Assembly (NCBI GenBank): GCA_019424865.1 | Contig: JAHYYS010000001.1 | Location: 7,422 to 71,421 of the forward strand | Direction: 5' to 3' | DNA length: 64,000 nt | From: a bacterium | Lineage (GTDB): Bacteria > Bacillota > Clostridia > Oscillospirales > Oscillospiraceae | Part shown: positions 57,481-64,000 of the stretch, one piece after another | Layout: each line of letters opens with the position of its first letter | Position numbering within the stretch: the stretch's first letter is position 1 | Notes under the pieces: generated by a model | What the model was told of the DNA's origin: nothing | Databases searched by the model: none | Seen by the model: only the letters and a program-made list of their open reading frames with translations | Translations under genes and position numbers: made by a program

Positions 57481-58390
57481 TCAGGCGTTCTCCTCCCGCT
57501 TCTTGCCGGAGATGACCAGCCAGGCCAGGCCGATGCCGGACAGAAGCGCCACGGCGGCCCAAATCAGAGAGGCGTCGCCCGTCTCGGGCACCTCAGCGGT
57601 GGGCACGTCGGGGTCCTCCAGATCCGTGCCGCCGCCGGGCTGGGTGGGGTCAGTGGGATCGGTGGGCAGCTCGCCCTCGGGCACCTCGGGGTCGGGGATG
57701 TCCTCGCCCTCGGCGGTGTAGTACAGGTCAACGACCTTGTCCTCCCGGATGTTGGTGCCGGAGAGGGGGTCGCCCTCTTCGCCCTCAGCCTGGGTGCGGA
57801 CCGTTCCGGTCAGCTCGAAGGCGCCGCCGTTGGTGCTGGTGTAGTACTCATGGACCACGGTGTAGCCGGTGTCGGCGGGGATCTTCGCATAGACGGTGTT
57901 GGCAGGCAGCGTAATGTGATCCATGGCGTAATCGGCCTGGGCCTCGGCCCAGACAAGACCCAGGGGATCGTTTCCGAATTCCTCTTTCCAATCGGCGAAG
58001 CCGCCGACAAACATCTCCGCGATTCCGCGGGTGCTGGCGATTTGCTTATGGTCAATGGCCCCGGTGATGACGCCGGTGGTGGCCACCGTGCCGGTATAGC
58101 CGGCCGGGAGCTGCGCAAAGGCGACCTCCAGGCTGATCTCCTCCTGAAGCTCCCCTGCTGTATACGCCCCCGTACGCCACTGCACCGGGATGGTGAAGGA
58201 GGGGACGACGGTGCCGTCTTCCTCGGTCAGATCAGCAACCGGAACGGTAAAGGTGTACGAGCTGTCCTCGGTGACATAATCATAGGTTTTGCTGGTGTCG
58301 CCGATTTTGATTTCGCCGGTGGGCTCCAGGAAGGTGCAGGTAAAGGTAAAGCTCACATTGCCGTTGTCATCCAGCAGGATTTTTCATCAT
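57481..58390 (-). pseudogene. Sortase-anchored surface protein lacking its N-terminus (probable pseudogene)
   Basis: C-terminal VPETG + TM + KKR. The frame extends upstream only to KILLDDNGN, preceded by TGA. An out-of-frame ATGATGAAAAA lies upstream and there is no signal peptide. Confidence 0.6.
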
Positions 58391-58395
58391 TCCGG

Positions 58396-58508
58396 TCTGG
58401 CGGCCCTCCGGCCGCCGGGAACAGGTCTGCCTGACCTCAAGGTCAGGCAGAGACGCGGTCGACCGCGTCTCTGAATCGATTCGCCACCGGAGTCAAAAAC
58501 GATTCCGG
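58396..58508. repeat. Chain of overlapping palindromes
   Basis: 58426-58451 (12-bp arms, 2-nt loop), 58448-58473 (perfect 26-bp palindrome), 58473-58482 gaatcgattc, plus flanking hairpins. Confidence 0.8.
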
Positions 58509-58701
58509 GGCATATTGCAGTTTCCCCATGCACCCTCCTCTCTCAGGCGGGCCGCGGGCCCGCTGTCCGATTTTGCCGCGGAAGGGCGGAAACAGACGGT
58601 TCGTCTCTGGCCCCTCCAATTTTGTATTTCTATTCACAGTATAGCACACGCCGGTTACAAAACCGGTTACATTTCCCATAAATTCGTTCAGAGAAATGAA
58701 A

Positions 58702-58741
58702 AATACTGCACAAAAATTCAAAGAAATTTTTGTGCAGTATT
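58702..58741. terminator. Hairpin downstream of ackA
   Basis: aatactgcacaaaaatt...aatttttgtgcagtatt. Confidence 0.65.
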
Positions 58742-58778
58742 TCCAATGCTATGCAGTCAGCTTAGCGGGAAACGAAGC

Positions 58779-59978
58779 TCAGCCCTTGACCAGAGCGGCC
58801 GTATCCACGGCGATCATCAGCTCCTCGTTGGTGGGAATCACCAGCACGCGGACCTTGGAGTCGTCGGCGGCCACGTCGACCTCTTTCCCACGGGTGTTGT
58901 TCTTCTCCGCATCCAGCTTGACACCCATGTACTCCAGACCGGAGACAGCGGCGGCCCGAGTGTCGGGGCCGTTCTCACCCACGCCGGCGGTGAAGATGAT
59001 GGCATCCACGCCGCCCATGGCCGCGGCGTAAGAGCCGATGTACTTCTTCACGCTGTAACAGAAGGCATCCAGAGCCAGCTGGGCCCGCTGATCGCTCTGG
59101 GCGGCAGCGGCCTCCAGATCCCGGAAGTCGGAGGACACGCCGGAAATGCCCAGCACGCCGGACTTCTTGTTCAGGACGCTCAGCATCTCCTTGATGTCAT
59201 AGCCGTGCTTGTTCATCAGGTACTCCAGAATGCCCGCGTCGATGTCGCCGCAGCGGGTGCCCATGGGCAGGCCGGCCAGGGGGGTGAAGCCCATGGAGGT
59301 GTCCACGCTCTTGCCGCCGTCGATGGCGGTGATGGAGGAGCCGTTGCCCAGGTGGCAGGAGATCAGCTTCAGCTGCTCGATGGGCTTGCCCAGCATGGCG
59401 GCCGCCCGCTGGGAGACATATTTGTGGCTGGTGCCGTGGAAGCCATAGCGGCGGACCTTGTCCTGCGCATAGAACTCATAGGGCAGGGCATAGGTGTAGG
59501 CCACCGGGGGCATGGTCTGGTGGAAGGCAGTGTCAAACACGGCCACCTGGGGCACGTTGGGGCCCATCACGGCCACACAGGCCTTGATGCCGGTGATGTT
59601 GGCGGGGTTGTGGAGGGGGGCCAGGGGGATGCACTCCTCCAGAGCGGCCATCACCTTTTCATCAATCAGCACCGAGCCGGAGAACGCCTCGCCGCCGTGG
59701 ACCACCCGGTGGCCCACCGCGTCGATCTCCTGCATGGTGGAAATGACGCCGTTTTTCTCATCCACCAGGGCGTTGAGCACCGCCTGGATGGCCTCGGAGT
59801 GGGTAGGCATGGGCACGTCGGCCTCTTTGATGGGCTCCTTGCCCTCGGGCTTGTAAGTAAATTTGCCGTCAATGCCAATCCGCTCGCACAGGCCCTTGGC
59901 CAGTACCTGCTGGGTATCGGGGTTGAGCAGCTGGTACTTCAGGGATGAGCTGCCGGCGTTGATTACCAGAATGTTCAT
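58779..59978 (-). CDS. ackA: Acetate kinase
   Basis: [45 protein letters not shown]. Confidence 0.97.
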   Translation of the reverse strand: MNILVINAGSSSLKYQLLNPDTQQVLAKGLCERIGIDGKFTYKPEGKEPIKEADVPMPTHSEAIQAVLNALVDEKNGVISTMQEIDAVGHRVVHGGEAFSGSVLIDEKVMAALEECIPLAPLHNPANITGIKACVAVMGPNVPQVAVFDTAFHQTMPPVAYTYALPYEFYAQDKVRRYGFHGTSHKYVSQRAAAMLGKPIEQLKLISCHLGNGSSITAIDGGKSVDTSMGFTPLAGLPMGTRCGDIDAGILEYLMNKHGYDIKEMLSVLNKKSGVLGISGVSSDFRDLEAAAAQSDQRAQLALDAFCYSVKKYIGSYAAAMGGVDAIIFTAGVGENGPDTRAAAVSGLEYMGVKLDAEKNNTRGKEVDVAADDSKVRVLVIPTNEELMIAVDTAALVKG

Positions 59979-60158
59979 GGGACTTGTTCTCCTTCACCAA
60001 TCAATTTTTCCTTGCAACGGGTTGCCTTGCGCCGGAAAATACACTACAATAGTAGGGTCCTGCCGACGGGTATGTCTATTGTACCCCTTTTTATACGGGA
60101 GGACAACCATTTTTTATGGAAAATTGATCATGTTCTACCGAGAGGAGGCGGCGGGGGC

Positions 60159-61409
60159 TTGCAGTGGGCGGGAATCGTGGCAGAATATAACCCCTTTCAC
60201 ACCGGACATGCCTACCAGATTCAGCAGACCAGGCGGGCGCTTGGGGGCGAGGCGGGCATTGCGGCCGTGATGAGCGGCAACTGGGTGCAGTCGGCCGACT
60301 GCGCCATTGCCGACAAGTGGACCCGGGCCCGCCTGGCCCTGATGGGGGACGCGGATCTGGTGCTGGAGCTGCCCACGGTGTGGGCGATGTCCTCGGCGGA
60401 GTCCTTTGCCCGGGGGGCGGTGGAGCTGCTGGCCGCCGCCGGCGCAGTGGACGTGCTCTCCTTCGGCAGTGAGTGCGGGGACGCGGAGCGCCTGGAGCAG
60501 GTGGCCGCCTGTCTGGACAGCCCCGCCTGCCAGCAGGCGCTGCGCCGCCTTGTGGACGGGGGCGCACCCTTTGCCGCCTGCCGTCAGGCGGCGGTGGGAG
60601 AGGTGCTGGGGGAGGAGCTGGCCGGCCTGCTGGCCAGGCCCAACAACAATCTGGGGGTGGAGTATATCCGCGCCCTCCGTGCCCTGAAAAGCGGCATCCG
60701 CCCCATGACCGTTTTGCGCCGGGGCGCGCCCCACAACGGAGTGGTGTTCCGGCACGGGGCGCAGTCCGCCCCCTCCGATCCGGCTTTTATGGCAATGCCC
60801 CAGTTTATGTCCGCCACCCAGATCCGGATGGACCTGATGGCAGGGGACTGGGACCAGGCGGAGCCCTATCTGCTCCCCGGCAGCCGGGTGCTGCTGGAAC
60901 GGAATATGATGACGGGCCGGCCCGGACTGCGCCGGGTGGAGCGGGCGGTTCTGGCCCGGGTGCGGACCATGACGGCAGAGGACTGGGCCCGCCTGCCGGA
61001 CAGCGGGGCGGCGGAGGGCCTGCCCCGGCGGCTGGAGCGGGCGGGGCGGCAGTGCCGCAGCCTGGAGGAGTTTTTCGATTTGGCCAAGACCAGGCGCTTT
61101 CCCCACGCCCGGCTGCGGCGGCTGCTGCTGTGGGCCTATCTGGGGCTTGCCCGGGCGGATCGGCCGGAGCACCCCCCCTATTTGCGGGTGCTGGGCTTCA
61201 ATGGCAGGGGGCGGGAGCTGCTGCGAACCATGAAGGAGCGGGCGGCTTTGCCGGTTTTGACCAAGCCCGCCCACGCCCGCACCCTGGACGAGGCGGGGCG
61301 GCGGCTGTTTGAGCTGGAGGCCCGGTGCACAGATCTGTACGATTTGTGCCTGGAGACGGTTCCCGCCCCCGGCCGGGAGTGGACAACCGGGCCGGTTGTG
61401 CTGGAATAA
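60159..61409 (+). CDS. tmcAL: tRNA(Met) cytidine acetate ligase (YlbM family)
   Basis: GIVAEYNPFHTGH, VMSGNWVQ, FGSE, PNNNLG, SATQIR, YLRVLGF; divergent from ackA. Confidence 0.85.
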   Translation: MQWAGIVAEYNPFHTGHAYQIQQTRRALGGEAGIAAVMSGNWVQSADCAIADKWTRARLALMGDADLVLELPTVWAMSSAESFARGAVELLAAAGAVDVLSFGSECGDAERLEQVAACLDSPACQQALRRLVDGGAPFAACRQAAVGEVLGEELAGLLARPNNNLGVEYIRALRALKSGIRPMTVLRRGAPHNGVVFRHGAQSAPSDPAFMAMPQFMSATQIRMDLMAGDWDQAEPYLLPGSRVLLERNMMTGRPGLRRVERAVLARVRTMTAEDWARLPDSGAAEGLPRRLERAGRQCRSLEEFFDLAKTRRFPHARLRRLLLWAYLGLARADRPEHPPYLRVLGFNGRGRELLRTMKERAALPVLTKPAHARTLDEAGRRLFELEARCTDLYDLCLETVPAPGREWTTGPVVLE

Positions 61410-61455
61410 GGGGCGCGTCTGAACCGGCGGCCCGCAGAGCGGAAAAGAGGACACT

Positions 61456-62556
61456 ATGGAAACCAAGAAGAAGCAGAGGAGCGGAAAGCTGACATGGGGC
61501 CTGGCCCTGGGGCTGCCGCTGATTTTGACGGCGCTGTTTCTGGTGCTGCGGGGAAACAAGGCCCTGATGGAGCGCTGGGTCATGGGGGTTATGGATCCGG
61601 TGGAGCAGTTCCTGGGCCGGCTGTGGTCGTGGGCCCCCTTCTCGGCGGCCGAGGTGCTCACCGCCCTGTTCCTGCTGGGGAGCGCGGCATGGCTGCTCCG
61701 CGCGGCGGTGCTGGCAGTCCGCCGGCGGGATGGCCGGGGGCTGCTGCGCCGTCTGCTGGCTTTTGCGGCGGCCCTTCTGTGGCTTTGGGCGGCCCTCAAC
61801 TGGATGTGGAACGCCGGCTACTATGCCAGGTCCTTTCAGGAGCGCAGCGGTTTGGAGACGCAGCCCTATTCGGTGGAGAAGCTGGAGCAGGTGACCGCCC
61901 TGTTTGCCCAGCGGGCGGCGGAGTTTTCCACCCAGGTGCAGCGGGATGAAAACGGCCTGTTCGCCGAGGAGCGGGAGGATATTTTTGCCCGGGGCGTTTC
62001 CGTCTACCAGGAGATTGTCCGGGAATTTCCCTGCCTGGAGCTGGAGCCCTCTGTGCGGGCAAAGCCCCTGGTCTGCTCCCGCCTTCAGAGCATCCTGGGC
62101 TTTACCGGGGTGTACTTTCCCTTCACCGGAGAGGCCAACGTGAATGTGGACGCGCCGGCCTGCCTGCTGCCGGCCACCATCGCCCACGAGATGGCCCACC
62201 AGCGGATGGTGGCCCGGGAGCAGGAGGCCAACTTTGTGGGCATTGCCGCCGCCGTCACCAGCGCGGACCCGGTGTATCAGTATTCCGGCTATCTGATGGG
62301 GCTGATTCAGCTGTGCAATGCCCTGGCGCCGGTGGATCGGGAGGGGTGGAATGCCATTGTGCAGCAGTATTTTACCCCGGAGCTGGCCGCCGACTGGAAC
62401 GACAACAACGCCTATTGGGCGCAGATGTCCTCCCCGGTGGAGGATGCGGCGGAGCAGGTGTATGACTCCTTTTTGAAGGGCAACGGCCAGGAGCTGGGCA
62501 TCCGGTCCTATGGAGCCTGCGTGGATTTGCTGGTGGCCTATTTCGGCGGGCAGTGA
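61456..62556 (+). CDS. DUF3810 domain membrane protein
   Basis: GVYFPFTGEANVN, HEMAHQR, E.EANF, SYGACVDLL. Confidence 0.85.
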   Translation: METKKKQRSGKLTWGLALGLPLILTALFLVLRGNKALMERWVMGVMDPVEQFLGRLWSWAPFSAAEVLTALFLLGSAAWLLRAAVLAVRRRDGRGLLRRLLAFAAALLWLWAALNWMWNAGYYARSFQERSGLETQPYSVEKLEQVTALFAQRAAEFSTQVQRDENGLFAEEREDIFARGVSVYQEIVREFPCLELEPSVRAKPLVCSRLQSILGFTGVYFPFTGEANVNVDAPACLLPATIAHEMAHQRMVAREQEANFVGIAAAVTSADPVYQYSGYLMGLIQLCNALAPVDREGWNAIVQQYFTPELAADWNDNNAYWAQMSSPVEDAAEQVYDSFLKGNGQELGIRSYGACVDLLVAYFGGQ

Positions 62557-62568
62557 GAGAACATAGGT

Positions 62569-62603
62569 GGCTTGTCACCGGAGGCGGTGACAAGCCGCTT
62601 TTT
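62569..62603 (+). terminator. Intrinsic terminator
   Basis: ggcttgtcaccg-gagg-cggtgacaagcc followed by gcttttt. Confidence 0.75.
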
Positions 62604-62698
62604 CAAACGGCGCGGGATGAGGGGATTTCCCCGCAGACCGGGCCGGGGCCGCAGGGCAGGGAAGCTGCGGCATCGGGACAGAAAATTTGGAGTGCAGT

Positions 62699-64000
62699 AT
62701 GGAGTTTACACAATGGAAACAAGCGGCGGGCCTGCGTCTGGACCCCCAGCAGGATGCGGCGGTGCAGGCCGCCGACGGCCCGGTGCTGCTGCTGGCGGTG
62801 CCCGGCAGCGGGAAGACCACGGTGCTGGTGGCCCGGCTGGGGTATCTGCGCTATGTGCGGGGGGTTCCGCCGGAGCGCATCCTGACCATGACCTATACCG
62901 TGGCCGCCGCTGGGGATATGCGGCGGCGGTTTGCCGCCCTGTTTGGGGAACAGGAGAGCCGGCTGCTGGAGTTCCGGACCATCAACGGCGTGTGCAGCCG
63001 GATCATCCGGCTCTATGAGCGGACCATGGGCCGCACGGCCTTCCGCCTGATGGAGGACGGCGGGCAGAAGAGTGCGCTGCTGGGGGAGCTCTTCCGCGGC
63101 CTGACCGGTGAATTTGCCTCGGAGAGCACCCTGAAGAGCCTGGAAACCGCCCTGACCTACGCGAAAAACCAGATGCTCCGGGGCGAGCAGCTGGAGGAAG
63201 TAAAGGTGGAGGGGGTGGACTTTCCGGCCTTTTACCGGGCCTATGGCCGGGCCCTGCGGGAGCGGGAGCTGATGGACTATGACGACCAGATGGTCTACGC
63301 GCTGCAGATTTTGAGGCAGTACCCCCAGATTCTCCAGAAAGTTCAGGCGCGCTATTCCTATTTTTGCGTGGACGAGGCCCAGGACACCTCGAAGATCCAG
63401 CATGAAATCATCCGCCTGCTGGCCGGCCGGAGCCGGAACCTCTTCCTGGTGGGGGACGAGGACCAGAGCATCTATGGCTTCCGGGCCGCCTTTCCCCAGG
63501 CCCTGACCCAGTTTGACAAGGGCTATCCCGACGCCCGGGTGCTGTATCTGGAACAAAATTACCGCTCCACCCAGCCGATCGTGGCGGCAGCGGACCAGTT
63601 TATCCAGCGCAATCAGAACCGCCGCCCCAAGCATATGCGGGCAGTTAGGGGGGCGGGGCCCCAGGTGCAGGAGATCTCCGTGTACGACCGGCGGGAGCAG
63701 TACCGCTATCTGCGCGGGGTGGCGGCGGACAGCACCGTCCAGACCGCCGTGCTCTACCGGGATAACGACAGCGCTCTGCCGCTTGTGGATCTGCTGGACC
63801 GGGCCGGGATTCCCTACCGCTGCCGGCAGATGGAGTGCCTCTTTTTTACCAACCGGGTGGTGCGGGACCTGACGGATCTGATCCGCTTTGCCCGGGAGCC
63901 CTGGGACGGCGCGCGCTTTCTCAATCTCTATTACAAGCTGGGGGCCGGCATCAGCCGGGCCCTGGCCCAGGAGGCGGCGGCCGCGGCGGGCGGGGCGGGG
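62699..64000 (+). CDS. UvrD/PcrA-like ATP-dependent helicase (3'-truncated by the window)
   Basis: MEFTQW...LAVPGSGKTT, VDEAQDTS, VGDEDQSIYGFR, LEQNYRST. Confidence 0.88.
   Translation, partial: MEFTQWKQAAGLRLDPQQDAAVQAADGPVLLLAVPGSGKTTVLVARLGYLRYVRGVPPERILTMTYTVAAAGDMRRRFAALFGEQESRLLEFRTINGVCSRIIRLYERTMGRTAFRLMEDGGQKSALLGELFRGLTGEFASESTLKSLETALTYAKNQMLRGEQLEEVKVEGVDFPAFYRAYGRALRERELMDYDDQMVYALQILRQYPQILQKVQARYSYFCVDEAQDTSKIQHEIIRLLAGRSRNLFLVGDEDQSIYGFRAAFPQALTQFDKGYPDARVLYLEQNYRSTQPIVAAADQFIQRNQNRRPKHMRAVRGAGPQVQEISVYDRREQYRYLRGVAADSTVQTAVLYRDNDSALPLVDLLDRAGIPYRCRQMECLFFTNRVVRDLTDLIRFAREPWDGARFLNLYYKLGAGISRALAQEAAAAAGGAG

Noticed and set aside
57590..57720. Short repeats (PTDPTDPT, DPEVP/DPDVP)
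   Set aside because: They encode a low-complexity cell-wall-spanning linker and are not a CRISPR or DNA-level repeat.
1..64000. CRISPR arrays, tRNA/rRNA genes, IS transposases, reverse transcriptases
   Set aside because: None recognised by eye on either strand; a covariance-model scan was not possible.

Overview
GC-rich chromosomal window from a spore-forming Clostridia-type gut bacterium (gene content and codon style suggest Oscillospiraceae; taxonomy is inferred). It holds housekeeping genes (glyA, nth, addB/addA, pdxK, ackA, tmcAL, a UvrD helicase, ktrAB, pit), a Zn-macrodomain/SirTM ADP-ribosylation operon and a 3189-aa SLH surface protein. Main discovery: a Cys-rich gene with a sigma-K-type promoter is split into a 5' piece (32562-32659) and a 3' piece (41727-42473) by a 9069-bp element. 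The element encodes a large serine recombinase with a sigma-E-type promoter. The reconstructed attP is an inverted repeat centred exactly on a shared GA, and excision there restores a 280-aa ORF (...DSCK-D-QDCMEDL...). This looks like a skin-type, developmentally excised element in a target gene I do not recognise. Its cargo includes a MIO-less (ergothionase-like) lyase cassette. Other leads: a PD-(D/E)XK nuclease-nucleotidyltransferase fusion with a partner gene, a junction of two 5'-truncated genes at 24297, a structured leader upstream of pit-ktr, and a chain of overlapping palindromes at 58396-58508.
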